Notes: generated by a model not told the origin, from the letters alone. Positions 1-10,561 are shown, numbered from the stretch's first letter. The stretch: 64,000 nt of DNA from Candidatus Micrarchaeota archaeon (GCA_021809925.1 JAJZJV010000001.1:14138-78137); one strand, 5' to 3'. A program made the numbers and translations.

Positions 1-1
1 T

Positions 2-505
2 AGTTCTCTTGAAAGCACCATCTCAAACAAATCCTTCCTCTATCAATTCTTCTTCATAGCTCCGCACAATATCCTAATAGCAGCTATAGACGAGATTCCC
101 ATTCTGGGGCTAGCATTCTTCGGTTATTCGATAACCCAGACAGCAATGTTCCTTAATGCATATGCTGTTTCAATCAGCCAACCTGGAATAGTCCTGGTTA
201 TAGCCCTATTCTTATTACCTCACACCATACTCGAGCTGCCAGCATATGCATTAGCAGCAACAGAAAACCTCTTCTTATCCTACTCCTTATTTAGGGGTGG
301 CTTTAGAAAAGAGTTGAGAAGGGCAGCTAGGGTGTTTGGGCTGATCGTGGCAGAGTTGTTTATAGCAGGATCATTCGAGGCCGCAGAACTTCAGCTCAGC
401 ACATATGCGGCACTCTCTTTATGGATTCCATTCATACTGTTAATATCTGTTCTGCTATTCTTCCTACTTAGGAAAAAAGAGCCGAAAAGAAGACGCCTCA
501 GGTAA
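2..505 (+). CDS. SpoIIM-like membrane protein (5' partial)
   Basis: Frame is open from position 2 (SSLESTISNKSFLYQFFFIAPHN...); hydrophobic; LPHTILELPA and EAAE motifs typical of the SpoIIM family. Confidence 0.7.
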   Translation, partial: SSLESTISNKSFLYQFFFIAPHNILIAAIDEIPILGLAFFGYSITQTAMFLNAYAVSISQPGIVLVIALFLLPHTILELPAYALAATENLFLSYSLFRGGFRKELRRAARVFGLIVAELFIAGSFEAAELQLSTYAALSLWIPFILLISVLLFFLLRKKEPKRRRLR

Positions 506-1085
506 TTGTCCGTATCTGGTATCTGCCTCTCTTTTCTATTTCCTTAAGTTTTGATACAACAACATCTCCCTCTGAACAACTCTTAACATAGCTCTGTTCA
601 AGAGAGGGATATCCTTTTCCCAAAGATCTCTTGATCAGAAGCAAGTCTATCGCACGCCCTTCAACGCTCTTAGTTATCTCAGACAACCCAAAATCAATTA
701 TATTAAGACCGTTCTCCGCAAGCATGAGGTTTGCTGTTGTAAAATCCCCATGTATCATTCCTGCGTCGTGGAGCTTTGCAAGCACTCTTCCTATCTCTCG
801 AGGAACGCCTTCAGGAATACTTTCAAGATCCTTCAGGACAACACCCTCAAGAATCTCAAAGTACAATGTAAATCTGCTGCATGCAACAAGTCTCGGGACA
901 GGTACTCCTGCACGATGGGCCCTTTCCATGCATCTGGCCTCCCGCCTTGTCCTTCCCTCCCTTAGTTCAGTATCAAGCTCCTCCACCCTATACTTCTTCC
1001 TGCCACGAACCTTTGCTGCAACCTTATTACCAATAAATCTTATAGTGTAAATCTCTGCTTCTGCTCCCTGAGATAATAACCGCAT
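498..1085 (-). CDS. bud32: KEOPS kinase Bud32
   Basis: QGAEA, IHGDFTTAN, IIDFGL motifs; C-terminal RGRY; adjacent to kae1. Confidence 0.95.
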   Translation of the reverse strand: MRLLSQGAEAEIYTIRFIGNKVAAKVRGRKKYRVEELDTELREGRTRREARCMERAHRAGVPVPRLVACSRFTLYFEILEGVVLKDLESIPEGVPREIGRVLAKLHDAGMIHGDFTTANLMLAENGLNIIDFGLSEITKSVEGRAIDLLLIKRSLGKGYPSLEQSYVKSCSEGDVVVSKLKEIEKRGRYQIRTIT

Positions 1086-2063
1086 TTAATCAGCCAGGTA
1101 TTCCACGTCATTTATCCGATATCTCTGCATATAGTCACAATCTTCTACTTTTACTCCATACCCTCTTTTCAGTACTCTTTCTGCGAGCAGTGCAATCATG
1201 GCACCATTGTCTGCATTAAACTCATTAGGCGCAGCACCGAACTTTATCTTATGCTCCTTGGCAACACTACCTAGCATCACCCTCAACCTTTCACTCTGTG
1301 CAACCCCACCGCACACGCAAAATTCCCTACTCTTGGTAAGAAGAAGTGCGCGTTCTGTGGCCTCGCAAAGCATTGCAAAGGCTGTTTCCTGCAGTGAGAA
1401 CGAGACGTCTTTTTTACTATTCCTTTCGGATAGCTCTACAGCTTTTGTCATAAGTCCTGCAAAGGCAAAGTCCATGCCCTTGACAGTATATGGCAACTTT
1501 ATGTATCTTCCTCCAGTGGCTGTCTTTGCAACGCTAGACCCCCAGGCAGGATCAAGCCCCATCTTTCTAGCGAAAGAATCTAGCATGTTACCTACGCCAA
1601 TATCAAACGTCTCCCCAAGAACCAAGTAATGTCTCCTTTCAGAGTCGAGCTTAAGAATCTGCGAGTTCCCCCCACTGACATATAGTGCCAGAGGGTCTCT
1701 CATATTGGAAAGGCGTTTTGCTATCTCTACATGTGCCATTCCGTGGTTAAGCGGAACAATATCTACATTCAGTTCATTGGCCATTGCCTTTGCCTTGCTC
1801 ATGCCAACCTTAAGGCATGGACCTATTCCAGGTCCCATGGTATATCCAATCCCTGAGATATCTTTGAGTCTAACGTCTGCCCTTTCCAAAGACCTCAAAA
1901 TAACTTCATCTGCACTCTTCTTGTGGAATTCAGCAACCTTTATTGGTATCATGCCTGAATTTCCTATTGGGTAAACCGATTTCTCATTAGAGAGTATTCT
2001 CCCATTCTCCACTATCCCTACCCCGAACGTATGCGCACTGCTTTCTATACCTATGATTGGCAT
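1086..2063 (-). CDS. kae1: KEOPS t6A threonylcarbamoyltransferase Kae1
   Basis: GIESSAHT, HGMAH, YVSGGNSQ, GETFD, DNGAMIA; start moved to ATG 2063. Confidence 0.95.
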   Translation of the reverse strand: MPIIGIESSAHTFGVGIVENGRILSNEKSVYPIGNSGMIPIKVAEFHKKSADEVILRSLERADVRLKDISGIGYTMGPGIGPCLKVGMSKAKAMANELNVDIVPLNHGMAHVEIAKRLSNMRDPLALYVSGGNSQILKLDSERRHYLVLGETFDIGVGNMLDSFARKMGLDPAWGSSVAKTATGGRYIKLPYTVKGMDFAFAGLMTKAVELSERNSKKDVSFSLQETAFAMLCEATERALLLTKSREFCVCGGVAQSERLRVMLGSVAKEHKIKFGAAPNEFNADNGAMIALLAERVLKRGYGVKVEDCDYMQRYRINDVEYLAD

Positions 2064-2118
2064 CACATTCAACCTGCAAAGAGAAAATACTAAAATACTA
2101 ATCAGGAAGATATTTATT

Positions 2119-2955
2119 ATGGTTTTGTTTGAGATCAACAAGCAACTTAATGCCCTCAAGGCGATTCCATTCAAAACACTCACATGTGGTTATTGCGAAT
2201 CTCCGGTCCTATCCCCCACTAAAGATTCTGCCTTCTGTCAATTCTGCGGCGCATACACAGAAGATGCCGAACCCCCGGAAAAACCTGAAGACAATACCTT
2301 CCATAATGGGTTGGCGGAGATACAATCTTCGATACGCGCCGGGGCTCTTGGTGATGCAAAGGCACTTTCATCCACCCTCTTCACAAAACTCACCGACCCT
2401 GAAAAATTATTCTGCGGGGGCAACATTTACCTCTTTCTCTCAGACCAAACTTATTCAAGCAAGGATTATGCCATAACGGGGTTCATGGAGAAAAATTCCG
2501 CAAACGTTTACGAATCTCTTGATCTGACCTCAAAATCCAAAGAATTTTTTTATAAAACCCTATGGTTGATAGATGCGTCAAAACAAAGGGAAGCTAACGA
2601 ACGAGCACTTTTCATCGCATTTCTTTGTTGCATATACCTAAAACAACACAAGAAAGCAAAAAGGCACCTCGACCAATTGGGATCACAAGAGAAACCAACA
2701 CTGATCAGGAGATATGCAGATATGATATACTCAGTAGAGACCGGGGACCGGAATGCCAAGGTTCTTATCGAAAGCCTCCTCGGCCAAAAAGAGGTTAACA
2801 CCTTCTTTTACATGGGAAAATATCTTGCCAAATCAAAGAAGCTTACTGAAGCAGAAGCTCTACTTGCAGCTATAACATCAATATGCAAGCATCCGCAGGC
2901 AGAAGAGCTGCTAAAGAAGATTAGGGACACCGAACAGGCGCTTTCCCTGCAGTGA
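2119..2955 (+). CDS. Hypothetical protein, N-terminal zinc ribbon plus helical (TPR-like) region
   Basis: CGYC...CQFC pair followed by an all-helical sequence; divergent from kae1. Confidence 0.6.
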   Translation: MVLFEINKQLNALKAIPFKTLTCGYCESPVLSPTKDSAFCQFCGAYTEDAEPPEKPEDNTFHNGLAEIQSSIRAGALGDAKALSSTLFTKLTDPEKLFCGGNIYLFLSDQTYSSKDYAITGFMEKNSANVYESLDLTSKSKEFFYKTLWLIDASKQREANERALFIAFLCCIYLKQHKKAKRHLDQLGSQEKPTLIRRYADMIYSVETGDRNAKVLIESLLGQKEVNTFFYMGKYLAKSKKLTEAEALLAAITSICKHPQAEELLKKIRDTEQALSLQ

Positions 2956-3013
2956 GCCAAATACGAACTAATTAATACTTTTACAATAAAATACATACTG
3001 TTGGTGTCCTTCT

Positions 3014-3799
3014 ATGCCTAACAAGACCGTAATCTCTGTTGTAATATTCATACTTTTGATAGTCATACTTGTGGTTTATCTTGCAACACGGCCAAATTCT
3101 CTGATACCCCAGATAATACATCTGCCAGCAAGCAATACCAACACCATAGCCAACACAACCAATAAAACAATACCCAATAATACAATACCAACCAACACAA
3201 CCAACAACACGAATTCTTCTGGTTTGAGTGGTGAATGTATTTCAAGCACAGAAAGAGTTCCAGTACCTAATGGGAATTTCAGCCTCGGCACTTATCAGTC
3301 CTGGACTACAACTGGTCTTGGATTTGGATCCGAACCCTTTAACATAATCTCTGCAAATAACGAAGGCGCTTATTACGGGGCGCCGTGGTCTGGATACAAT
3401 GGGATATTCATCGCTACAACCTATTCTGGCGGAATTTCATTCCAGGCAGGAAACCTGACTTCAGATTACTTCTTAGTTACCGAGCCATATCTCAACTTTA
3501 AGATAATCTCTCCACAAAACAGCCAACTATATCTGGAATTATTGACAGACAACCAAACCTTCATCAAGATTCATTACAATACTTATTTGGCTGCAAACAA
3601 CACCGAGGCAGCAACCCACTTTGTAAATGCCAGCATACCTCTAGTAAGTCTTCTATGCAAATATGTGCGCGTCAGGGTAGTGGCAAATGTTCTTGGCACA
3701 GTCACCACCAGAGATCAATATCTGGCGGTGACCGACTTCCACCTCTCCAGGGTTCCATACGCAGAAAGCGGTATAATAGTCAATCAAACGATATCTTGA
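3014..3799 (+). CDS. Membrane-anchored surface protein with N/T-rich linker
   Basis: N-terminal TM helix, Asn/Thr low-complexity linker, NGNF..G beta-sandwich-like domain, many N-x-S/T sequons. Confidence 0.65.
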   Translation: MPNKTVISVVIFILLIVILVVYLATRPNSLIPQIIHLPASNTNTIANTTNKTIPNNTIPTNTTNNTNSSGLSGECISSTERVPVPNGNFSLGTYQSWTTTGLGFGSEPFNIISANNEGAYYGAPWSGYNGIFIATTYSGGISFQAGNLTSDYFLVTEPYLNFKIISPQNSQLYLELLTDNQTFIKIHYNTYLAANNTEAATHFVNASIPLVSLLCKYVRVRVVANVLGTVTTRDQYLAVTDFHLSRVPYAESGIIVNQTIS

Positions 3800-3810
3800 G
3801 CTGACTCTTT

Positions 3811-5253
3811 ATGGGAGGTGGACTAAGACTCTATAATACCTTGACAAGGCAATTAGAAGAGTTCCAGCCACTGGAAACCGGGAAGATAAGATTCTTTGTC
3901 TGTGGCCAGACTGTTTATGATGATGCACATCTTGGACACGCAAAAGCATACATTAATTTTGACATAGTAGCGAGATGGCTAAGGCATCTGGGATATACAT
4001 TACATTACATACAGAACATAACTGACATTGACGACAAAATAATCATAAGGGCAAAAGAATCACACAAAGACCCTACTGCGCTCGCAAGGGAGTTCGAGTC
4101 CAGATTCATGGAAGACATGGAGAAGATAGGAGTGAAGAAGAACGTAGACCAGTACCCACGCTCCCATGATTACATAGATGAGATTGGTTTTCAGATAGGT
4201 CTACTGCTCAAAAAAGGATATGCATATCTTTTGGATGGAGACGTCTACTACAACGTATCCAAATTCGAGGATTACACAAACCTCTCCGGGATGAAGCTCG
4301 AAGAGCTCGAGAAACATAGGATCGAGCCCAAAGCCGGAAAAAAAAACCCTTACGATTTTGCATTATGGAAAGCCTCAAAAGAAGGAGAGCCAAGCTGGAA
4401 GATATCCTTGGATCTGAACGGAAAAGAGACAATTCTGGAAGGCAGGCCAGGATGGCATATAGAAGATACTGCAATAACCCATGCAATATTTGGGCCGCAG
4501 TATGATTTGCACGGTGGCGCAATAGAGCTCATATTTCCTCATCATTCCAACGAGATAGCTCAAGCCGAAGCTGCTTTCGGCAAAAAGCCCTTTGTTAAAT
4601 ACTGGTTGCATGCCGGAGTACTCAACATAAAAGGAGTAAAGATGAGCAAGAGCCTCAGAAATTTCATAAAGATCCGAGATGTACTTTCATCATATCCGGC
4701 AGAGACTCTTAGGCTGTTGATATGCTCTACCCATTACAGAAAAGAGATGGATTATGACGAGAATCTCATAAAGAATGCTGGAAGGAAGTTATCCTACTTA
4801 TACGCCGCCCTGGGCATATTTTATAATATGCGCGAAGGAGCTTCAAACAAAGAGGGCTCCGAACAGATAAAAAAAGAAACAACTCTGTTTGTAGACGCAT
4901 TCACAAAAGCCATGAACGACGATTTTAATACGCCCCAAGCATTAACAGAACTTACCATTATGATTAATAAACTCAGAGAATTTGCCGAAACAAACAATGA
5001 GATCGATGCAGAAGCAAAAACCCACGCACTCTCATCCATTCTTAAAATAGCGGATACTCTTGGAATTCTCACAAATGAAAGTTACAAAACGGAGATAAGC
5101 ACAATAGCAATGCACCTCATAAGCTATCGAGAACGGCTCAGACAAGATAAAAAGTTCGGGGAAGCAGATACTATACGTGAACGCCTCAAGAACGAGTTCA
5201 AAATACTCCTTGAAGATACAGAATATGGTACTGTCTGGTACAAAGAGCAATAG
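3811..5253 (+). CDS. cysS: Cysteine--tRNA ligase
   Basis: CGQTVYDDAHLGH, GRPGWHIE, KMSKS. Confidence 0.97.
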   Translation: MGGGLRLYNTLTRQLEEFQPLETGKIRFFVCGQTVYDDAHLGHAKAYINFDIVARWLRHLGYTLHYIQNITDIDDKIIIRAKESHKDPTALAREFESRFMEDMEKIGVKKNVDQYPRSHDYIDEIGFQIGLLLKKGYAYLLDGDVYYNVSKFEDYTNLSGMKLEELEKHRIEPKAGKKNPYDFALWKASKEGEPSWKISLDLNGKETILEGRPGWHIEDTAITHAIFGPQYDLHGGAIELIFPHHSNEIAQAEAAFGKKPFVKYWLHAGVLNIKGVKMSKSLRNFIKIRDVLSSYPAETLRLLICSTHYRKEMDYDENLIKNAGRKLSYLYAALGIFYNMREGASNKEGSEQIKKETTLFVDAFTKAMNDDFNTPQALTELTIMINKLREFAETNNEIDAEAKTHALSSILKIADTLGILTNESYKTEISTIAMHLISYRERLRQDKKFGEADTIRERLKNEFKILLEDTEYGTVWYKEQ

Positions 5254-5332
5254 TTTATATATCCTCTTACCTTGGAACAGATTACAGATAATATTTAAAT
5301 ATAAGTTAGTATAATAAATAATCAGTGTAAAA

Positions 5333-5839
5333 ATGTCTAGTTCAGCTACTGCGAAATCTGGTATTAAAAACACAAGCTCAAGACTCGCTGCTTTTCACGA
5401 AACACAAAGAAATGCAGACCGCGCACTTTACGGTGCAATGCACGGCAAAGTTTCGCTCCCAGAATTAGTTCGTTCGATAAGAAGCGCCCATACAGATGAG
5501 CACGAACTAGAACAGAAAGCTGAAGAAGAATTAAATTTATTTAACTCAGCAGGGCAATTATCTCTCAGCCAGAAGGTCAGAAAGTTCATAAGAGAGAATC
5601 CTCTACTCGAATCAATACATCAGAATCTGGAAGTTGGGGTGGCACTCATACAGATAGGTGCGGCAAGATTACGATCAAGATTCTCAGATTCTGGGTCCGA
5701 ACCAAATGAAGCCAAAGCAACTTCGCAAAACAACGTAGTTGAGGTTAAGAAACCTGCAACCGCTGTGGAAACACATGTTGCCGTTCTGTCTGCCATAAGG
5801 CGCGAAGTCGAAGAGGACACTCTCTCTCAAGCAGCCTAA
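5333..5839 (+). CDS. Hypothetical protein
   Basis: 168-aa ORF preceded by an AT-rich TATA-like TTTAAATA; no recognisable motif. Confidence 0.5.
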   Translation: MSSSATAKSGIKNTSSRLAAFHETQRNADRALYGAMHGKVSLPELVRSIRSAHTDEHELEQKAEEELNLFNSAGQLSLSQKVRKFIRENPLLESIHQNLEVGVALIQIGAARLRSRFSDSGSEPNEAKATSQNNVVEVKKPATAVETHVAVLSAIRREVEEDTLSQAA

Positions 5840-5846
5840 TCCTTAT

Positions 5847-7464
5847 GACTATTTCTAATTGAGTCGTTTTGTTTATAAACATAACGAATTTTTAGGCAGG
5901 TGCCCCAAAGAACATTATAATCTCGCAACCTGAATGAGGCGTAGGCGAAGGTGTAAACGAAACGAAAAATAAAAGGCGACCAGAAATCTTAACCTTATCA
6001 ATAGCTTCAGGAGTAACTCAAGATGTGGAAATACACGACCCCTTAGACGAAGTACTAAACGTGGATGAGTTTATTGGACTCCTCCATCAAGATACTCTTG
6101 ACAAGACCCTGACAGAATTGGAAAAGTTGTACTTAGGCGTAAGAAAGTGCGACTATCCGATTCTCCCCAGTTTCTTGCAATTGTATACATGAAGCTCAGC
6201 AGGATTAAATACCTCACTGCACTTTACAGGAAGCCGAGTGCAAATGGCTGTAAACATGCAGAGAAATTGGGCTTCATGAGGGAAAATGGCAGAGTGAAAC
6301 CTCCATCATACAACAACTTCTGGGTTTTTGCAAAGGCCCGGTTTTGCGAGAATAAGATAGATAAAATATCCGAAGTAATTCTTTCTGAATTGAAGAGAGA
6401 GTTGCACCTCAGAGGTGCCGAGTTAGGCAAAAACACAGCACATGATGGTTTTGTCATAAGGGCGCATGACAAAGGTGCAGTATACAACAGCCATTACGAA
6501 ACGACCATGTATAAAGGAGAGATGAGGTTTGATCTGGATCTCATGGTGCCGATTTACGGCAGCGCAACAACAGGCACTGATTACGACGGTAATTACGCAG
6601 TGCCGTTTGCGGAGAAAGTCAACATGATAGAGAAGGACGGAAGAGTGATTTATCTCATGGACATTATACATCACTTGCAAACTTCGCAATCTTAAACCAT
6701 GTTCACAGGATAAGAACAGTTATGAACATACCTCAAGATCAAAGAATAATTTCTGAAGAGGGAAGTCAAGAAAGCATAGACAAGTGGTATCAGAGTTTCC
6801 ATGAAAAAGAAGACTTCATTGTAGATGCAGATATCGAATACAAACTATCACTTCTTTTGAAGCATGGACGGATAGAAGAAGTCGGATATTATTATCGGAA
6901 TAGGTATGTCAAGGAATATCTTGATAACAAAGAAGCCTACGAGAAAGAGTACCCTACAAGAAGTCTTGAAGAATCAGGAAATAATCTCTCAAAGAATGGT
7001 TTTGTTGACACAGAAAACGCATCTAATGGGACCGGATTGCGAAATAGGAACCTCCATGTCAAACTGTGCATATTGACAATGCAGTTGGTTGCATTGATAA
7101 GGGCGCAAAGAGGCAGAGTCGCAAAACTTACGTCTGTGGAAAACATAGCCTGTTGATGTGATAATTACAAAATCACACCTCATAGATACCGTGAGGTCTA
7201 TGCATTACACTGAACTTCGATAGTGTTTGGTAGTTTATATCAAATTTCTGAGCCATTATAGTAAATCGGGTTAATAATCGAACATTTGCCTTTTTAATCT
7301 GACGTCATAGAAATATCACAAAATGTTCGGATATCTGCCTAAGTTACTATTAGACCATATTTCTGGTGGATTTTGCTTCGAATTTTTGAAAATTTACCTC
7401 CAAACACATAAAATACGTCCTTCAAACTCATTCTAATTGAAAATGGGGTCAATTAGAAATACTC
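5847..7464 (+). mobile_element. Decayed DDE insertion sequence (IS4/IS5-like) with TIRs
   Basis: GACTATTTCTAATTGA at 5847-5862 and TCAATTAGAAATACTC at 7449-7464 (15/16 inverted match), each flanked by TTAT (5843-5846, 7465-7468). Confidence 0.7.
6001..7156 (+). pseudogene. Frameshifted DDE transposase
   Basis: Fragments across frames: TAHDG (first D), disrupted D-GHYTS region near 6655, RSLEESGN (E) and C-terminal GLRNRNLHV; frameshifts near 6165 and 6655. Confidence 0.7.
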
Positions 7465-7513
7465 TTATATATTTGGCTATGATATATCTAATTATGATGT
7501 ATAGGTATATAAA

Positions 7514-8080
7514 ATGGTCAAGTATATTATCCCACTGCTTGCAGCAATAGCTATCATAGTCATAGCTGCGGTTTCATTCGTACTTCTGTCAGGACACTCT
7601 GCAAGCGCGCAGAGTGCCCCCGAATTTGCGCAGTTCACTGCGTTGAGCAGTGCTACCAGTGACCAGTGCGCCTACCTTGGAAATAAGGCAGCAATATATA
7701 ATTCTGTGGATTCCCAGCCAAACAACGCATACTTTCAGGGTTCCTGCTGCAGCCCCATGGACTGGAACCACTATCAGCAGCAAATCGCGGGACTAAAAAA
7801 CTATTCTAATATAAGCGCAATACCACAAAATCCATATAATGTTTCAGTGCTGCAGGTCAAGCAGATGCTAGGCTATTACGACAACATAATCTTGAACCAG
7901 AGCCAGAATGCAACCTTTAATCAAGCCGCCGCTCTTACTACGGATAAGAGCTGGTGCTGCTGCCAGTGTTGGGCATGGTATGCGCACGCCGGTCTGGCAA
8001 AGTACATGATTAAGAACTACAACTACAATGTCAGCCAAGTAGTAACGCTAATTAATTTAGAGGACTGCTGTGGTGGGTAA
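7514..8080 (+). CDS. Secreted or membrane-anchored Cys-rich protein
   Basis: N-terminal hydrophobic helix; GSCCSPMD, WCCCQCW, C-terminal DCCGG. Confidence 0.8.
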   Translation: MVKYIIPLLAAIAIIVIAAVSFVLLSGHSASAQSAPEFAQFTALSSATSDQCAYLGNKAAIYNSVDSQPNNAYFQGSCCSPMDWNHYQQQIAGLKNYSNISAIPQNPYNVSVLQVKQMLGYYDNIILNQSQNATFNQAAALTTDKSWCCCQCWAWYAHAGLAKYMIKNYNYNVSQVVTLINLEDCCGG

Positions 8081-8084
8081 TTTT

Positions 8085-8843
8085 ATGTCAAAGACAGCAA
8101 AACGCAATTATTCGGTAATAAATATCACTTCATTGCTTTTAATGTTGATTGTACTGCTTCTCGTAGTAATCATAATATTGCTGGCCGGTTACATATCTGG
8201 TTTTAGCATGATGAACGGCATAGCTGGCATGATGGGCGCAGGCATGTTCAGCAACATGATGAACGGAGGCTCAGGAGGTTACGCTGGCATGATGGGCGGA
8301 ACTGGTAGTTCTATTCTGAGCTCACGGATAAATATAAGCACAGCCGAATCTTACGCAAATAAATCGCCTTCTTACGCGTACGCATATCCAAGCAACAATA
8401 CTGTGCTGTTCACCTCTAACAACATCACACTGGTTGTACTTGCAATGGGCGTGCAGCGTGCGATTAATCTCACACACGAACAACCGCCGGCATCCGATTC
8501 CAACAGCGCTGGCAATACTTTCGTCATAGACGGATTGATAAATCCAACCCTTATAATAACAAAAGGCGCAATAGTCCATATAGAATTTATAAATCTGGAC
8601 TCTAGCGAATACCATAATGTAATAATGACTGCCACAGGTCCACCATATCAATACATGCCGATGTCGGCTATGAATGGCATAGTGTCCATGATGCCGATAA
8701 TACAGCCTGCCAACTATTCCGGAGGCACGGCGTCGGAATATAATTACACTGTTGTGTTTGACAATTTCGGAACATACTGGTATATCTGCATGTATCCTGG
8801 GCATGCGCAGATGGGAATGTATGGTAAAATAGTAGTAGAATAG
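8085..8843 (+). CDS. Rusticyanin/sulfocyanin-like blue copper protein with Met-rich linker
   Basis: TM anchor, repeated MMG/MMN, EYHN (His ligand), WYICMYPGHAQMGMYGKIVV (C-x4-H-x4-M type 1 Cu site). Confidence 0.9.
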   Translation: MSKTAKRNYSVINITSLLLMLIVLLLVVIIILLAGYISGFSMMNGIAGMMGAGMFSNMMNGGSGGYAGMMGGTGSSILSSRINISTAESYANKSPSYAYAYPSNNTVLFTSNNITLVVLAMGVQRAINLTHEQPPASDSNSAGNTFVIDGLINPTLIITKGAIVHIEFINLDSSEYHNVIMTATGPPYQYMPMSAMNGIVSMMPIIQPANYSGGTASEYNYTVVFDNFGTYWYICMYPGHAQMGMYGKIVVE

Positions 8844-8851
8844 GTAAATCA

Positions 8852-9946
8852 ATGCAAAAAAAGAAATCAAATACGACAAAGAAACGCAATTTCAGGAAAG
8901 GCAAAAGTAGAAATGTGGTGGGGACAAAGCACCGGCATTATTATACTGCGCTCATTGGGCTTCTGGTTATGGTGGTTTCATTCGCAGCCATTTCAATATC
9001 ACATATAAATATATTTGGAAACTTTGATGCTGCCCATCAGGCAACAGCTAATACGTCTAACATTTACAACAATACCACAACTAATGCAGTAAAAACACCT
9101 GGCAACAGCACGATAAATCAAACGCTATTAGCCGCGCAGGTAATTCCCACTGCGGGTTACACATTGCCTTTTAGGTGGGGGAATAGCGTGCATAAGCTTG
9201 TAGAAACAGGAGCGCTGAATCCATCAAACCTATCAATTATACTCAACAACTCTAGACAGCCACTATCTCCTGTTGAAGAGGAAATATTAAACGGAACATA
9301 CAATGGTTATATACAATTCAACGCTACAAACACCGAGTTTGTCCAACTCGTTCTGTGGTCTTTGGGCATAAACAACAACAATACAATAATAAATGCTGGA
9401 CCAATAATCAACGCGAGTGTTCCATATGCCAAGCAGATAAATAGCAACGCCTCCCTGAATCAGAAAGTCACCCCTGAATACATAGCAAACCATTACTTTG
9501 CCAGTACAGGCGGCTATGGTCCGCTAGGGAAACTGCAATTAGGCGAATTAAATATCATAAACCTGAGTAGTCAGCAGCAGGCCCTGATGTACGACGTTGC
9601 CACGCATTCGTACCGTCCTTGCTGCGATAATCCCACGGCGTTTCCAGACTGCAACCACGGAGCAGCAGCCCTGGGCCTAATTGAACTGCTTGCATATCAA
9701 GGTGCAAACCAAAGCCAGATGTTCGATGCTGTCAGATATTTCTATCAATACCAATTCCCACAGCAATATGCTGAAATAGCCGCATATTTTGATTCGCAGG
9801 GAGGGAACTACAGCCAAGTAAATTCCAGCGAAGTGATGGGTTATAACTTCTCAAGTTATTCAGGGTACGCAAGCGCAAACCAGTATCTACTAAAAAACAA
9901 GATTCTTGCACAGCTTGGAAGCGGCGGAGCGTCTTGTGGGGCATAA
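8852..9946 (+). CDS. Membrane-anchored protein with RPCC-x8-CNH motif
   Basis: Basic N-terminal tail, TM helix, many sequons, YRPCCDNPTAFPDCNHG, C-terminal SCGA. Confidence 0.8.
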   Translation: MQKKKSNTTKKRNFRKGKSRNVVGTKHRHYYTALIGLLVMVVSFAAISISHINIFGNFDAAHQATANTSNIYNNTTTNAVKTPGNSTINQTLLAAQVIPTAGYTLPFRWGNSVHKLVETGALNPSNLSIILNNSRQPLSPVEEEILNGTYNGYIQFNATNTEFVQLVLWSLGINNNNTIINAGPIINASVPYAKQINSNASLNQKVTPEYIANHYFASTGGYGPLGKLQLGELNIINLSSQQQALMYDVATHSYRPCCDNPTAFPDCNHGAAALGLIELLAYQGANQSQMFDAVRYFYQYQFPQQYAEIAAYFDSQGGNYSQVNSSEVMGYNFSSYSGYASANQYLLKNKILAQLGSGGASCGA

Positions 9947-9955
9947 GGTAGTGCG

Positions 9956-10441
9956 ATGATATACTATGATACTCTTCGGAAAGTCTATAAGCCAAAATAC
10001 GCTATCCTGACCGTTGTTCTAGGGATAACCTATTCTTTTGCGTTCTGGTATCTGGCATACATTCAGGGTGGCAACGCGGTCATGCTGTCCGTACCAATTT
10101 ATATGATTTTTCTGCTTGTGGCAAGTTCCTCTGTTCTCATGACAATCGCTGTATATTCTATGTGGAGCACGCATAAAAACAACTCAAAAGCGATAGGCAC
10201 AGTGCCCAGCGTAGGTACAATCGTGCTAGGTAGCGGCCTATGTGGTTGCACTACTACCTTGCTACCAACCATGGCCCTGGCGGTGGGCATGAGCACTCCG
10301 GCGGTCTATGCGCTCACTTCGTTCCTGAGGAACTACAACATGGAAATCATTTTGCTGCTGATAACCCTCAATGTTGTGATCATAGCATACTATCTGAACA
10401 AGTTGTCTGGCCCCAAACGTAAAATAGCTAAAACGCCTTGA
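9956..10441 (+). CDS. Multi-pass membrane protein with intramembrane CGC motif
   Basis: About four hydrophobic segments; GLCGCTTTLLP. Confidence 0.75.
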   Translation: MIYYDTLRKVYKPKYAILTVVLGITYSFAFWYLAYIQGGNAVMLSVPIYMIFLLVASSSVLMTIAVYSMWSTHKNNSKAIGTVPSVGTIVLGSGLCGCTTTLLPTMALAVGMSTPAVYALTSFLRNYNMEIILLLITLNVVIIAYYLNKLSGPKRKIAKTP

Positions 10442-10561
10442 TTGTCCCATTACAAACTTAACTACTATGTTAATTCCTCCGACCTAGCGACAAGAGTCAC
10501 AAGGCCAGAATAATGTTCTTGGTTAATCATCTATCACCATGCATATATTTCCTAATTTTAT

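Noticed and set aside
3130..3215. AACAC/AATAC-like short repeats
   Set aside because: They encode an Asn/Thr-rich linker; not a CRISPR or DNA-level repeat
8205..8300. Repeated GCTGGCATGATGGGCG
   Set aside because: Coding repeat for the AGMMG motif of the cupredoxin linker
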